NCBI GenBank assembly: GCA_046052125.1 | Contig: JBJOMY010000002.1 | Span: 477,525-541,524 of the forward strand | Reading direction: 5' to 3' | Length of the DNA stretch: 64,000 bases | Source of the DNA: Cyanobacteriota bacterium | GTDB lineage: Bacteria; Cyanobacteriota; Cyanobacteriia; PCC-6307; Cyanobiaceae | Shown: piece by piece, positions 10,108 to 21,046 of the stretch | Numbering within the stretch: position 1 is the first letter of the stretch | Layout: each line of letters starts with the position of its first letter | The notes under the pieces: generated by a model | Databases searched by the model: none | The model's input: the letters and a program-made list of their open reading frames with translations, nothing else | Told to the model about the DNA's origin: nothing | Translations under genes and position numbers: made by a program

Positions 10108-10983
10108 ATGGTGACGCAGGATCAGCTGGCTGCCCTTGATTTGCTCATCTGGCTCAAGACCACCGAGCAGGCTGCCCAGCTGGCCTTTTCCAATCAGAGC
10201 ACGATCTGCCGGCGGACCCAGTCGGTGCTGCGGCAGTTCGGGCTGAAGCTCGAACGTGGTCCCTCCGGCCGCCGTCCCGCCGGCGATCTGGAGCTCCTGG
10301 ATCTCGAGCGGCAGGTGCACCAGCAGGCACGCTTTCGTGGACATCACCCCCTGAGGCTGCACGTCCCGTACTGGACACGGCGGGAAGCCCTGCGTGACCT
10401 GCCAGAAGGATGGTGCGCTAACCCCTTGTTGCCGGATCTGGTCTGTGACGACCCGGTCACCCTCCTGAGGGAATACATCCTGGATGCCTGCCTGGTGACG
10501 CCGACCCAGTTGCCCGCCTGTCAGGACGATCTGGTGTTACTGGACCTCTACCGGCGCCCGATTCAACTGATTCTGTTTCCGCGTTCGGATGATCATCCGA
10601 CTGATCTTCGGGATCGGTTCTGGTGGCAGCAGGAGAACGGACAGCTCAATCTGCGGCTGCTGCCGTTCCTGCCGGAGAGCTGTCGGCAGCGTTCCAGCGA
10701 CTGGTTCAAAGCGCTTGCGGCAGGTCCAGCCGGGTCGTGCCCTGAGCGTCTGCGCCAGCTGGAGCCGTCGCGCTACGCCGGCCAGAGTCTCACCGTGGCT
10801 TTTTTGACCCCGGAGATGAGAGCGGCACAGGATCTGCCATCGCAGGTGGAGGAAACGGTGCAGCCGTACCCCTATGTGGAGCGGTTGGCGGTGCTGGCTG
10901 AGCATGCGGCTGAACCCGCTGTGTTGCGCTTGCAGGAGCAGCTGCAGGCTCGGTTTGCGCCACAGGCGTTGCCGATCGTCTAA
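10108..10983 (+). CDS. Divergent LysR-type transcriptional regulator
   Basis: N-terminal HTH-like segment [30 protein letters not shown]...FG; about 290 aa. Confidence 0.65.
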   Translation: MVTQDQLAALDLLIWLKTTEQAAQLAFSNQSTICRRTQSVLRQFGLKLERGPSGRRPAGDLELLDLERQVHQQARFRGHHPLRLHVPYWTRREALRDLPEGWCANPLLPDLVCDDPVTLLREYILDACLVTPTQLPACQDDLVLLDLYRRPIQLILFPRSDDHPTDLRDRFWWQQENGQLNLRLLPFLPESCRQRSSDWFKALAAGPAGSCPERLRQLEPSRYAGQSLTVAFLTPEMRAAQDLPSQVEETVQPYPYVERLAVLAEHAAEPAVLRLQEQLQARFAPQALPIV

Positions 10984-10986
10984 CCC

Positions 10987-11769
10987 TCACAGCTGTTGAT
11001 CGGCACTGCGCTGCACCGCCGCAAGGCCCTGCCAGTCCACGCCGGTGGCGCTGAACCCGTAGCGACAGGGCAGCACTTCCACACCGGCATCGAGCGCCTG
11101 GCGGAACAGCTCGCCGTAGCGCGGATCGGCACTGTCGCCGGGAGCGAAGCGGCACACATCGGCGCGGCTGAGGCACGGCACCAGCACGGCGCGGGCCTCC
11201 GGCAGCACTCCCATCAGTTCCTCGAGGTGCTTCTGGCCCCGCTCGGTCACGGTGTCGGGGAACAGCGCCAGATCGCCATCGCTCCAGGTGGTGTTCTTCA
11301 CCTCCACGTAGATCGGCCGCGGATCGGCAGCGCCTTCCGCGGGGGTGAGCAGCAGATCAATGCGGCTGCGGCGATTCACCCCATAAGCCACCTCGGCGCG
11401 AATCGAGCCGATTGGGCCCAGCCAGGGCTCCAGGCAACCGGCTTCGATCGTCGCCCGCACCAGCCGGTTGGGGAGTGCTGTGTTGATACCCACCCACACC
11501 GGCTCGCCACTCGCGCCCGGCACCAACGCCTGCTCCCAGGTCCAGGCGAGCTTGCGCGTGGGGGAGGGGGCATGGCGCAGCCGCACGCGGCCACCCACGT
11601 GCAGCACGCCGGTCATCGGCCCTGTGTTGGCGCAATGCGCCGTCACCACCTCACCGCTGTCCAGCTCCACATCGGCCAGAAAGCGCTTGTAGCGCTTCAG
11701 CAGCACGCCCTCCTGCAGCGGCTCCAGCGTCAACACGCGCTGGGCTTCGGGGGGTGAGGCAATCGGCAT
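10987..11769 (-). CDS. sfsA: DNA/RNA nuclease SfsA
   Basis: KRYKRFLADV, AHCANTGPM, YVEVKN and FPDTVTERGQKHL. Confidence 0.95.
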   Translation of the reverse strand: MPIASPPEAQRVLTLEPLQEGVLLKRYKRFLADVELDSGEVVTAHCANTGPMTGVLHVGGRVRLRHAPSPTRKLAWTWEQALVPGASGEPVWVGINTALPNRLVRATIEAGCLEPWLGPIGSIRAEVAYGVNRRSRIDLLLTPAEGAADPRPIYVEVKNTTWSDGDLALFPDTVTERGQKHLEELMGVLPEARAVLVPCLSRADVCRFAPGDSADPRYGELFRQALDAGVEVLPCRYGFSATGVDWQGLAAVQRSADQQL

Positions 11770-11825
11770 GACGGCGACGCTGTTGCAGGCAAGAATCGCC
11801 CGAGTTGGGGCCGTGGCCGCCACTC

Positions 11826-13496
11826 ATGAGCCAGCCATCGAGCGAAGCCTCCAGCGCACCCTCACCGCAACCTGCCCGCTCGCTGCGCCGCATCGCCTTG
11901 ATCGTGGCGGTGGCCACCGCCCTCAGCAAACTGGCCGGCCTGGTGCGTCAGCAGGCGATTGCGGCCGCCTTCGGTGTGGGCGCCGCCTACGACGCTTACA
12001 ACTACGCCTATGTGCTCCCCGGCTTTTTGCTGATCCTGCTGGGCGGGATCAACGGCCCGTTCCACAGCGCCATGGTGAGCGCCTTGGCCCGCCGCCCCCG
12101 TGAGGAGGGTGCCCATGTGCTGGCGGCGATCAACACGCTGGTGGGGGCGGCGCTGATCGGGGTCACGCTGCTGCTGTTTGTGGCGGCTGATCCGCTGATT
12201 GATCTAGTGGGCCCAGGCCTGGATGCCGAACGCCACGCCATCGCCGTGCTCGAGCTGCGCTGGATGGCGCCGATGGCCCTGTTCGCCGGCCTGATCGGGC
12301 TGGGGTTCGGGGCTCTCAATGCTGCAGACGAGTTCTGGCTGCCCTCGGTGAGTCCGCTGCTCTCCAGCGTGGCGGTGATCGCCGGCTTGGGGATCCTGTG
12401 GCTGCATCTGGGCTCCAACATCGCCCTGCCCCAATACGCCTTCCTCGGCGGAGCGGTGCTGGCGGGCACCACCCTGCTTGGGGCCGTGTTCCAGTGGCTG
12501 ATTCAGCTACCGGCCCTGGCCCGGCAGGGCTTGCACAAGTTTCAGCTGGTTTGGGATTGGAAGCACCCCGGCGTGCAGGAGGTGCTGCGGGTGATGGGGC
12601 CGGCCACCCTCTCCTCGGGCATGTTGCAGATCAACGTGTTCACCGATCTGTTTTTTGCCTCCGGGATCGTGGGGGCGGCCGCCGGATTGGGGTACGCCAA
12701 CCTGCTGGTGCAGACGCCCCTTGGCCTGCTCTCCAATGCGTTGTTGGTGCCGCTGCTGCCCCTGTATGCGCGGCTCACGGCGCCCCAGGATCGCCCGGAG
12801 CTGATCAGTCGGATCCGCCAGGGCTTGATGCTCTCCAACGCTTCGATGCTGCCGTTGGGGGCCTTGATGGTGGCGTTGGCTGGCCCGATCGTGGCGCTGA
12901 TCTACGAGCGGGGTGCCTTCAATGCCAGTGCCGCTGCCCTGGTGGGTGGCTTGTTGATGGCCTACGGCGTGGGCATGCCCGCCTACCTCGGCCGGGATGT
13001 GCTCGTGCGGGTGTTCTATGCCCTGGGTGATGGCACCACCCCCTTCCGCTTCTCCATGGCGGGGATCGGCTTGAACGCCCTGTTTGATTGGGTGCTCGTG
13101 GGTGGTCCCACGCCCTGGGGGCTGCAGGTGCCGGCTCTCAATTTCGGTGCACCGGGGCTGGTGCTGGCCACCGTGGCGGTGAATGTGATCACCTGCCTGG
13201 GGCTGTTGCTCGCACTGCAGAACAGGCTGGGTGGACTGCCCCTCGCCGCCTGGGGCCGCGACAGTCTCTGGCTGCTGCTGGCGGCGGTGCTCGCAGGTGG
13301 CCTCAGCTACGGCCTCTCGGCGCTGATTGCCTGGCCCACCCACCTGATCGGCTTGCTCTTGCAATGCGGCATTTGCGCCGCTGCCGGATTGCTGCTTTAT
13401 GGCCTTGTGGCCAACTGGGCCGGGGTGGCGGAGGCCACGCAGATCAGCCGCCAGCTGGGCGGGCAGCTCACGCGGCGCTTGCCGTTTAGTCGCTGA
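11826..13496 (+). CDS. murJ: Lipid II flippase MurJ
   Basis: SKLAGLVRQ..IAAAFG, GGINGPFHSA and YERGAF; many TM segments. Confidence 0.95.
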   Translation: MSQPSSEASSAPSPQPARSLRRIALIVAVATALSKLAGLVRQQAIAAAFGVGAAYDAYNYAYVLPGFLLILLGGINGPFHSAMVSALARRPREEGAHVLAAINTLVGAALIGVTLLLFVAADPLIDLVGPGLDAERHAIAVLELRWMAPMALFAGLIGLGFGALNAADEFWLPSVSPLLSSVAVIAGLGILWLHLGSNIALPQYAFLGGAVLAGTTLLGAVFQWLIQLPALARQGLHKFQLVWDWKHPGVQEVLRVMGPATLSSGMLQINVFTDLFFASGIVGAAAGLGYANLLVQTPLGLLSNALLVPLLPLYARLTAPQDRPELISRIRQGLMLSNASMLPLGALMVALAGPIVALIYERGAFNASAAALVGGLLMAYGVGMPAYLGRDVLVRVFYALGDGTTPFRFSMAGIGLNALFDWVLVGGPTPWGLQVPALNFGAPGLVLATVAVNVITCLGLLLALQNRLGGLPLAAWGRDSLWLLLAAVLAGGLSYGLSALIAWPTHLIGLLLQCGICAAAGLLLYGLVANWAGVAEATQISRQLGGQLTRRLPFSR

Positions 13497-13499
13497 GCC

Positions 13500-13754
13500 T
13501 CAGAGCTCCACCACGCGCTCTTCGCGCACGTGGATCGGCACTTCCAGGTGGCTGCGCCCCACCATCGCTGGACCGTCAACTGAATAGATGCGCGCCTCGA
13601 TGCCGAAATCGCGGAACGCGGTTTCCATCTCCTGCATCAGCGCCTTTTCCACCTGCGCTTCGGCGTCCACCACCTTGCCGATCAGGCGGCTGCCCAGGGG
13701 GCCGATGCGCTGGCGAACAACCTCTCGGGCGTTGGTGACCTCGATGACCAGCAC
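13500..13754 (-). CDS. Conserved hypothetical protein
   Basis: 84-aa ORF with normal codon usage, co-oriented with the adjacent small genes. Confidence 0.7.
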   Translation of the reverse strand: MLVIEVTNAREVVRQRIGPLGSRLIGKVVDAEAQVEKALMQEMETAFRDFGIEARIYSVDGPAMVGRSHLEVPIHVREERVVEL

Positions 13755-13778
13755 AGGGCCGCAGCGGGATGCGCAACC

Positions 13779-14066
13779 CTAGCCGTGGTTCGCGAGCAGA
13801 TCCTCGAGATCCTGCAGCTGACCAGCCGGCACGAGCCGTGCCAGCGGCAACTTGCTGCTGCCTCCGCCGATGGGCACCTGCACCGCTTCAAGCGCCTGGC
13901 GTGCACACACCCCGGCGCCCTGATCGAGCCTGGCGGCGCATTCAATCGCCAGGGCCTCGGCTACGCCGGCATCCCCGAGGTACAGATGCCAGCCGCCGAT
14001 CTGGATGTAGAGCCGGTCGGCGATCTCCAGTTGCAGATCGCGGATCTCGCTGGCGGAGAGGGGCAT
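13779..14066 (-). CDS. DUF3181-like protein
   Basis: IADRLYIQIGGWHLYLGDA and VPIGGG motifs. Confidence 0.8.
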   Translation of the reverse strand: MPLSASEIRDLQLEIADRLYIQIGGWHLYLGDAGVAEALAIECAARLDQGAGVCARQALEAVQVPIGGGSSKLPLARLVPAGQLQDLEDLLANHG

Positions 14067-14088
14067 CGCGGCGATGACTGAGCTGCCC

Positions 14089-14328
14089 TCAGGATGGCGT
14101 CTGCGGCCGCCTGGCGACCACGCTGATCAGCTGCACCAGCAGCAGCAGCGCCCAGGCTTCCGTGAGCCAGGCCAGATGCGCCCAGGGGTGGCGCATGTTC
14201 TGCACGAACCACAGGCCGCTATTCAGCGCTCCAAACACCATCGCGTGCAGCACCAGATTCACGATCCGGTTGAAGTGCCGGTAGGTGGGGTCTTCGGGGT
14301 CGGCGGGTCCGTACCAGCGGATCGGCAT
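14089..14328 (-). CDS. 2TM domain-containing protein
   Basis: [24 protein letters not shown] followed by two hydrophobic helices. Confidence 0.78.
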   Translation of the reverse strand: MPIRWYGPADPEDPTYRHFNRIVNLVLHAMVFGALNSGLWFVQNMRHPWAHLAWLTEAWALLLLVQLISVVARRPQTPS

Positions 14329-14396
14329 CGGGGGGTGGCGAGAGGTTTGTTGACGGGTGGGCCCTCGGTATGGGCACAATGTCAGGGCAGGCGCAG

Positions 14397-14470
14397 GCGC
14401 TTGTAGCTCAGCGGATTAGAGCATCTGACTACGGATCAGAGGGTCGGGAGTTCGAATCTCTCCAGGCGCG
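14397..14470 (+). tRNA. tRNA-Arg(ACG)
   Basis: Cloverleaf GCGCTTG...CAGGCGC-G; anticodon arm TCTGA-CTACGGA-TCAGA; T-loop TTCGAAT. Confidence 0.97.
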
Positions 14471-14482
14471 CCTTTCAACTTC

Positions 14483-14508
14483 AAACCGCCCCCCGGGGCG
14501 GTTTTTTT
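14483..14508 (+). terminator. Intrinsic terminator after tRNA-Arg
   Basis: AAACCGCCCC-CC-GGGGCGGTTT stem followed by a T run. Confidence 0.85.
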
Positions 14509-14600
14509 GTGCTGATCCTCAGGCCGCGGTCCTAGGGGCGCGCTCGGGATTCACTGCTGCGGTTTCTTACGATCAGGCCATCTCGACACCTCGATCTGCC

Positions 14601-15890
14601 ATGGCGGAGTCCACCGGAGCAGCCGTCAACCAGTCGCTGGCGGCCGGTGATCCCGCGATCGCAGCCCTGATTGGCAAGGAACTGCAGCGTCAGCAGACAC
14701 ACCTGGAGCTGATTGCTTCCGAGAACTTCGCTTCCCGGGCTGTGATGGAGGCCCAGGGCTCGGTGCTCACTAACAAATACGCCGAAGGTTTGCCGTCGAA
14801 GCGCTACTACGGCGGCTGCGAGCACGTGGATGCGATCGAGGGGCTGGCGATCGAGCGCGCCAAGGAGCTCTTCGGTGCTGCTTGGGCCAACGTGCAGCCC
14901 CACAGCGGCGCCCAGGCCAATTTCGCTGTGTTCCTGGCGCTGCTCCAGCCCGGCGACACGATCATGGGCATGGACCTCAGTCACGGCGGTCACCTCACCC
15001 ACGGATCGCCCGTGAACGTGAGCGGCAAGTGGTTCAAGGTGGTGCAGTACGGAGTGGATGAAGCCACCCAGCAGCTCAACTTCGACACCATTCGGCAGCT
15101 GGCGCTGGAGCACAAGCCGAAGCTGATCGTTTGCGGCTACTCCGCCTACCCCCGCACCATCAACTTCGAGGCCTTCCGCGCCATTGCTGATGAGGTGGGT
15201 GCCTATCTGCTGGCCGATATGGCCCACATCGCCGGACTGGTAGCCGCCGGCGTGCACCCCAATCCCGTGCCCGTCTGCGACGTGGTGACCACCACCACCC
15301 ACAAAACCCTGCGCGGCCCCCGCGGTGGTCTGATCCTCTGCCGCGATGCCGACTTCGCCAAGCAGTTCGATAAGGCTGTGTTCCCTGGCAGCCAGGGCGG
15401 CCCGCTGGAGCATGTGATCGCCGCTAAGGCGGTGGCCTTCGGTGAGGCCCTGCAGCCGAGCTTCAAGGCCTACGCCCAGCAGGTGGTGGCGAATGCCCAG
15501 GCTTTGGCCGCCCGCATTCAGGAGCGCGGTATCGATGTGGTGAGCGGCGGCACCGACAACCACCTAGTGCTGCTTGATCTGCGCGGCATCGGCATGACCG
15601 GCAAGGTGGCCGATCTGCTGGTGAGCGATGTGCACATCACCGCCAACAAGAACACCGTGCCCTTTGATCCCCAGTCGCCCTTCGTGACCAGCGGCCTGCG
15701 TTTGGGCACCGCTGCCTGCACCACCCGTGGCTTCGATGAAGCCGCCTTCCGCGAGGTGGCCGATGTGATCGCTGATCGCCTGCTCAATCCTGAGGATGCA
15801 GCGATCGAGCAGCGCTGCCGTGACCGTGTGGCGGCCCTCTGCGAGCGCTTCCCGCTCTACGCGGAAGCCCGCGAGCTGCAGCCCGCTTGA
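14601..15890 (+). CDS. glyA: Serine hydroxymethyltransferase
   Basis: LIASEN, NKYAEG, GGHLTHG and [13 protein letters not shown]. Confidence 0.98.
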   Translation: MAESTGAAVNQSLAAGDPAIAALIGKELQRQQTHLELIASENFASRAVMEAQGSVLTNKYAEGLPSKRYYGGCEHVDAIEGLAIERAKELFGAAWANVQPHSGAQANFAVFLALLQPGDTIMGMDLSHGGHLTHGSPVNVSGKWFKVVQYGVDEATQQLNFDTIRQLALEHKPKLIVCGYSAYPRTINFEAFRAIADEVGAYLLADMAHIAGLVAAGVHPNPVPVCDVVTTTTHKTLRGPRGGLILCRDADFAKQFDKAVFPGSQGGPLEHVIAAKAVAFGEALQPSFKAYAQQVVANAQALAARIQERGIDVVSGGTDNHLVLLDLRGIGMTGKVADLLVSDVHITANKNTVPFDPQSPFVTSGLRLGTAACTTRGFDEAAFREVADVIADRLLNPEDAAIEQRCRDRVAALCERFPLYAEARELQPA

Positions 15891-15999
15891 ACGACTGGCC
15901 CGAAAGGGCTCGTTCGTTATCGCCGAGGCGCCAGGCCCTGCTTAAGCTTCGGCCGGCAGGGCCCATCTGGGCCTCGATCCCGACCGTGCACCGTCCCCG

Positions 16000-17097
16000 A
16001 TGATCTCCAGCCGGCCGGATCTCGCCGCTGTTCTGGCATTCGGGATGGCAGCGCTGTTCACGGCGTTGTTGGTGCCGATGGTGCGCCGCGCTGGCTTGCG
16101 CTGGGGACTGATCGATCAGCCCGATCCGCGCAAGCAGCACACCACCCCGATGGTGCGCCTGGGCGGTGTGGGCATCGTCACGGGCTTTGTGTTGGCCCTG
16201 GCCCTGATTTGGTTGCTGGGTGGCTTCGTGGAGCTGGCGCCCCAGCGCGACAGTCAGATCTGGACGACCATCGCCGGGGCGCTCTGCTTTTTTGTGATCG
16301 GCCTAGCCGACGATCTCTTTGCCCTGCCGCCGCTACCCCGTTTGGCCGGTCAGGTGCTGGTGGCCATGGCGGTGTGGAGCCAGGGCGTGCAGATCGGTGC
16401 GATCGATCTTCCGTTTCATCTGTTGGGGAGCCCGGCCGGTGCCATTGAGCTCCCGGAGGGCTTGAGCCTGCTGGCCACGGTGATCTGGCTGGTGGGCATC
16501 ACCAATGCGATCAACTGGTTGGATGGCCTGGATGGTCTGGCGGCCGGCGTGAGCGGCATTGCCGCCGTGGGCCTGCTCTCGGTGAGCTACAGCCTTAATC
16601 AACCCGCCCCGGGATTGCTTGCTGCCGCGCTGGCGGGCAGCTGCCTGGGTTTCCTGCGCCACAACTTCAATCCCGCCCGCATCTTCATGGGTGATGGCGG
16701 GTCTTATTTCCTGGGCTTTGCCCTGGCTTCAATCAGCATCGTGGGGCCGGCAAAGGGCCTCACCAGCGTCAGCCTGCTGTTGCCGCTCCTGATCCTGTCG
16801 TTGCCGCTGGCCGATATGTCGGCCGTGATCATGGGCCGCGTCAGCGAGGGGCATTCGCCCTTCTATCCCGACCGGCGCCATCTGCATCACCGCCTGCTGC
16901 GGGCGGGTTTCAGCCATCGCCGCACCGTCGTCCTGATCTACGCCTTCACCCAGTGGCTGGCGGCACTGGCTCTGGTGTTGGCCAATGCCGAGCTGCGCTT
17001 TCTCTGGCTGGCCCTGGCCACAGCGGTGCTGATCGCCACGGTGATCGCCGCGCGCCGCAGCCTCAATCGCGAACAGCTGGCCGGGGATGACGGCTGA
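16000..17097 (+). CDS. MraY/WecA family glycosyltransferase
   Basis: [32 protein letters not shown] and HLHHRL. Confidence 0.93.
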   Translation: MISSRPDLAAVLAFGMAALFTALLVPMVRRAGLRWGLIDQPDPRKQHTTPMVRLGGVGIVTGFVLALALIWLLGGFVELAPQRDSQIWTTIAGALCFFVIGLADDLFALPPLPRLAGQVLVAMAVWSQGVQIGAIDLPFHLLGSPAGAIELPEGLSLLATVIWLVGITNAINWLDGLDGLAAGVSGIAAVGLLSVSYSLNQPAPGLLAAALAGSCLGFLRHNFNPARIFMGDGGSYFLGFALASISIVGPAKGLTSVSLLLPLLILSLPLADMSAVIMGRVSEGHSPFYPDRRHLHHRLLRAGFSHRRTVVLIYAFTQWLAALALVLANAELRFLWLALATAVLIATVIAARRSLNREQLAGDDG

Positions 17098-18328
17098 AAT
17101 CCTCTGCATTGGTACTGAGCTTCTGCTCGGCAACATCACCAATGGCAACGCCCGCTGGATCGCTGAGCAGCTCGCTGCCCTGGGCGTGCCCCACCACCGC
17201 CAGGCGGTGGTGGGCGACAACCGCGAGCGTTTGATCGCTGAAGTGAGGGCCGCCTCAGAGCGGTGCCGCGTGCTGATCACCACCGGGGGCCTCGGCCCCA
17301 CCCCCGACGACCTCACCACCGAAGCCATCGCTGCGGCCTTTGCGACGCCTCTGGTTGAGCATCCTCAGGTGTGGGCTGACATTCAGGCGCGTCTGGCGGC
17401 CCGCGGCCGGCCCTGTGCCGCCAGCAACCGTCGCCAGGCCTATCTACCCGAGGGGGCAGCGCTGCTCCCCAACCCCACGGGTACCGCACCGGGCATGATC
17501 TGGAGCCCTCGGCCTGGCTTCACGATCCTCACCTTCCCTGGGGTGCCGAGTGAGATGCGCGCGATGTGGCAGGCCACAGCCGCTCCCTGGCTGAAGGACG
17601 CGGGACTGGCGGACGGGGTGTTCGCCAGCCGGATGCTGCATTTCTGGGGCGTTGGCGAATCCAACCTTGCCGAGCAGATGGCGGATCTGCTGGACGCTGC
17701 CAACCCCACCGTGGCTCCCTACGCAGGCTCCGGTGAGGTGAAGTTGCGCCTCACCGCCAGGGCCGCCTCGGCTGATCTGGCTGAAGCGTTGCTCGAGCCT
17801 GTGGAGGCCGAGATCCGCGCCCGCACCGGTGCGCTTTGCTTCGGCGTTGACGACGACAGCCTGGCCTCCGTGGTGCTGGAGCTGCTGCGCCAGCGGGGGC
17901 AGACCCTGGCGGTGGCGGAGAGCTGCACGGGCGGTGGCCTCGGGGCTGCATTGGCAGCTGTGCCCGGAGCTTCGGATGTGTTTCTTGGCGGTGTGATCGC
18001 CTATGCCAATGCCGTGAAACAAGCGGTTTTGGGTGTTCCTCCTGAGCTGCTGGAGGCTCACGGCGCCGTGAGTGATCCGGTGGCGCAGGCGATGGCCCAG
18101 GGGGCTCGCCGTGCCACTGGCGCCGACTGGGCCCTGGCGATCACGGGCGTGGCTGGCCCCGGTGGCGGCACAGACCAGAAGCCTGTGGGTCTGGTGCACA
18201 TCGCGCTGGCGGGGCCTGATCGATGCGTGAGCGAAGGTGTTCGCTTTGGATCCAGCCGTGGCCGCAGCTGGATCCAGACCCTCAGCGCTGGTGAGGCGCT
18301 GAACCGTTTGCGGCTGGCCTTGCTCTGA
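17087..18328 (+). CDS. cinA: Competence/damage-inducible protein A (CinA/PncC)
   Basis: [25 protein letters not shown] and TGVAGPGG. Confidence 0.95.
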   Translation: MTAEILCIGTELLLGNITNGNARWIAEQLAALGVPHHRQAVVGDNRERLIAEVRAASERCRVLITTGGLGPTPDDLTTEAIAAAFATPLVEHPQVWADIQARLAARGRPCAASNRRQAYLPEGAALLPNPTGTAPGMIWSPRPGFTILTFPGVPSEMRAMWQATAAPWLKDAGLADGVFASRMLHFWGVGESNLAEQMADLLDAANPTVAPYAGSGEVKLRLTARAASADLAEALLEPVEAEIRARTGALCFGVDDDSLASVVLELLRQRGQTLAVAESCTGGGLGAALAAVPGASDVFLGGVIAYANAVKQAVLGVPPELLEAHGAVSDPVAQAMAQGARRATGADWALAITGVAGPGGGTDQKPVGLVHIALAGPDRCVSEGVRFGSSRGRSWIQTLSAGEALNRLRLALL

Positions 18329-18355
18329 CCCTTTAGACGCCTGCGGTTTTTTAGG

Positions 18356-19792
18356 GTGGCGGATTCTGATCGCCGCATCGCCGTGAGCTCCGGCACCCTT
18401 TACGACAAGGTCTGGGATCTGCATCAGGTGGCCCAGCTGCCCGGGGGTGCCACCCAGCTGTTCATCGGCCTGCACCTGATCCACGAGGTGACCAGCCCGC
18501 AGGCCTTTGCTGGTCTCAAGGATCTGGGCCTGAGCGTGCGCCATCCAGAGCGCACCGTGGCCACCGTGGATCACATCGTGCCCACCACCAGCCAGGCGCG
18601 CCCCTTCGCCGATCCGCTGGCCGAGGAGATGCTGGCCACGCTCGAGGCCAACTGCGCCGAACACGGCATCACTCTGCATGGCATCGGCAGCGGCCGCCAG
18701 GGAATCGTGCATGTGATCGCGCCTGAGCTGGGCCTCACCCAGCCGGGCATGACCGTCGCCTGCGGCGATTCCCATACCTCCACCCACGGCGCTTTCGGTG
18801 CGATCGCCTTCGGCATCGGCACCAGCCAGGTGCGTGATGTGCTCGCCAGCCAGAGCCTGGCGATGGGCAAGCTCAAGGTGCGCCGCATCTGGGTGGACGG
18901 CCAGCTGCAGAGCGGCGTGTACGCCAAGGATCTGGTGCTGCATGTGATCCGCAGCCTCGGCGTGAAGGGCGGTGTGGGCTATGCCTACGAATTCGCCGGC
19001 CCGGCCATCGCTGCGCTCTCCATGGAAGAGCGCATGACCCTCTGCAACATGGCGATCGAGGGCGGCGCTCGCTGCGGCTACGTGAACCCCGATCAGGTCA
19101 CGTTCGATTACCTCAACGGCAGGCCCTTCGCTCCCAGTGGTGCCGCCTGGGATCAAGCCGTGGCCTGGTGGAGCAGCCTCGCCACCGGCGCCGATGCGCT
19201 GTTCGACGACGAGGTGCGCTTCGATGCCGCCAGCATCGCGCCCACGATCACCTGGGGCATCACTCCCGGCCAGGGCATTGGCGTGGATGAAACCGTGCCC
19301 ACCCTGGAGCAAACCGAGCCGGACGAGCGGCCGCTGGCGGAGGAGGCCTACCGCTATATGGACCTCCAGCCCGGTGCGCCGATCGCCGGCACTCCTGTGG
19401 ATGTGTGCTTCATCGGCAGCTGCACCAATGGGCGCCTGAGCGATCTACAGGCGGCGGCGGCTGTGGCGAAAGGCCGCAAGGTCGCGCCTGGTATCAAGGC
19501 GTTTGTGGTGCCCGGCAGCGAGCAGGTGGCCGCAGCCGCCGAGGCTGAAGGCCTCGACAAAGTGTTCGTGGAGGCTGGCTTTGAGTGGCGTGAGCCTGGG
19601 TGCTCGATGTGTCTGGCGATGAATCCTGATCGGCTCGAGGGCCGGCAGATCAGCGCCAGCTCCAGCAACCGCAACTTCAAGGGTCGTCAGGGTTCCGCCA
19701 GTGGCCGCACCCTGCTGATGAGCCCGGCGATGGTGGCTGCGGCGGCCATCAACGGCCGTGTCAGCGATGTGCGCGAGCTACTCAACGCCTGA
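18356..19792 (+). CDS. leuC: 3-isopropylmalate dehydratase large subunit
   Basis: [33 protein letters not shown] and NRNFKGRQG. Confidence 0.98.
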   Translation: MADSDRRIAVSSGTLYDKVWDLHQVAQLPGGATQLFIGLHLIHEVTSPQAFAGLKDLGLSVRHPERTVATVDHIVPTTSQARPFADPLAEEMLATLEANCAEHGITLHGIGSGRQGIVHVIAPELGLTQPGMTVACGDSHTSTHGAFGAIAFGIGTSQVRDVLASQSLAMGKLKVRRIWVDGQLQSGVYAKDLVLHVIRSLGVKGGVGYAYEFAGPAIAALSMEERMTLCNMAIEGGARCGYVNPDQVTFDYLNGRPFAPSGAAWDQAVAWWSSLATGADALFDDEVRFDAASIAPTITWGITPGQGIGVDETVPTLEQTEPDERPLAEEAYRYMDLQPGAPIAGTPVDVCFIGSCTNGRLSDLQAAAAVAKGRKVAPGIKAFVVPGSEQVAAAAEAEGLDKVFVEAGFEWREPGCSMCLAMNPDRLEGRQISASSSNRNFKGRQGSASGRTLLMSPAMVAAAAINGRVSDVRELLNA

Positions 19793-19845
19793 TCCAAAGC
19801 GCGTTCTCCTTAATCCGCCCCACCGCCGCTGCCCCGTCTCCGTTC

Positions 19846-20481
19846 ATGACCAGCACAGCCCCCTTCCCCTCCGGCCCGATCACCGGCGTCAGCGGCACCA
19901 CCGTGGTGGTGCGCGGCGATGACATCGACACCGACCGGATCATCCCGGCACGGTTCCTCAAGTGCGTCACCTTTGACGCTCTTGGCCCGGCCGCCTTCGC
20001 TGACGATCGCGCCGAGCTGGCGGGCAGCCCGTCTGGTCTCCACCCGTTTGATCGCCCGGAGCACCAGGGTGCGTCGATCCTGCTGGTGAATCGCAACTTC
20101 GGTTGTGGCTCCAGCCGTGAGCATGCCCCCCAGGCGCTGATGCGCTGGGGAATCCGAGCCGTGGTGGGCGAGAGCTTCGCTGAGATCTTCTACGGCAACT
20201 GCCTGGCGCTCGGCATCCCTTGCCTCACGGCAGACCACGACACCATGCTCGCCATTCAGGAGGCGGCTGAGGCTGATCCGGCGCGTTCCTTCAGCGTGGA
20301 TGTGGCTGGAGCCACTCTCCGTGCAGGTGTGCAGACCTGGCCTTTGGAGTTGCAGCAGGGCCCGCGCCAGATGCTGGCCACCGGTCAGTGGGATGCCACC
20401 GGGCAACTGCTGGCCAATGGGGATGCACTGGTGGCCACCGTTCAACGGCTGCCGTATCTGAGCGGCTTCCAGGCGGCCTGA
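19846..20481 (+). CDS. leuD: 3-isopropylmalate dehydratase small subunit
   Basis: DIDTDRIIPARFL and NFGCGSSREHAP. Confidence 0.97.
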   Translation: MTSTAPFPSGPITGVSGTTVVVRGDDIDTDRIIPARFLKCVTFDALGPAAFADDRAELAGSPSGLHPFDRPEHQGASILLVNRNFGCGSSREHAPQALMRWGIRAVVGESFAEIFYGNCLALGIPCLTADHDTMLAIQEAAEADPARSFSVDVAGATLRAGVQTWPLELQQGPRQMLATGQWDATGQLLANGDALVATVQRLPYLSGFQAA

Positions 20482-20554
20482 GCCTGCCCGGGCTTGCGCT
20501 CGTGGCGACCACTCGCTGAAGTGTCTATCAAGGAGAGAGGACGGTTCATGGCCG

Positions 20555-21046
20555 ATGCGCTCCCCTCTCTCCGCCCAGCCCCTGCTCGCCGCGCTGCTCC
20601 TGGCTGGTTCTGCGGCGGTGCAGGCTGCTGAACCCATCGCTGTTCAGCCCTATGGCACGGCTGCAGCGCCATGGACCCAGTGCAGGGGATGCGATCTGCG
20701 TGGTGCCGATCTGAGCGGCCTGCTGCTCAATGGCATGGATCTACGCGATGCGGATCTGCGTGGTGCCGATCTGCGCGGCAGCAACCTGGAGGGAGCTGAT
20801 CTCAGCGGCGCGGATCTTCGCGGTGCCCGCTTGCAGGACAGCTGGCTCAGCAATGCCGATCTGAGCGAGGCCGATCTTCGCCAGGCCAATCTCCAGGACG
20901 CGGTGTTGATTCAGGCCCTCACCCCAGGCGCACAGATCGAGGGGGCCGTCTTGGTGGGCGCTGATTTCACCGGTAGTGATCTGATGATCGGTGGGGAGGA
21001 CGTGGGCCCTGATCCCCTGCCGCCCCTGGAGATCCAGCGGCGTTAG
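20555..21046 (+). CDS. Exported pentapeptide repeat protein
   Basis: Signal peptide, CRGC cap and tandem A(D/N)LxG repeats. Confidence 0.9.
   Translation: MRSPLSAQPLLAALLLAGSAAVQAAEPIAVQPYGTAAAPWTQCRGCDLRGADLSGLLLNGMDLRDADLRGADLRGSNLEGADLSGADLRGARLQDSWLSNADLSEADLRQANLQDAVLIQALTPGAQIEGAVLVGADFTGSDLMIGGEDVGPDPLPPLEIQRR

Noticed and set aside
10000..10362. 121-aa N-terminal extension of the ispH ORF
   Set aside because: It overlaps the LysR-like gene on the opposite strand, and IspH similarity begins at GTG 9999.
14370..14600. N-terminal extension of the glyA ORF
   Set aside because: It runs through tRNA-Arg and its terminator; the real start is ATG 14601.
17444..19312. 622-aa minus-strand ORF; similar long ORFs at 46702-48573(+), 58916-60841(-), 14532-15563(-), 57574-58788(-) and 42896-44188(+)
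   Set aside because: These are antisense shadows of well-conserved genes (cinA/leuC, ileS, ftsH, glyA, sat, FIST). They are expected in GC-rich, codon-biased DNA and show no protein motifs.
20685..20900. Short direct repeats (GATCTGCGTGGTGCCGATCTG) that could suggest a CRISPR or tandem array
   Set aside because: They encode pentapeptide repeats with a 15-nt period, and there are no spacers or cas genes.
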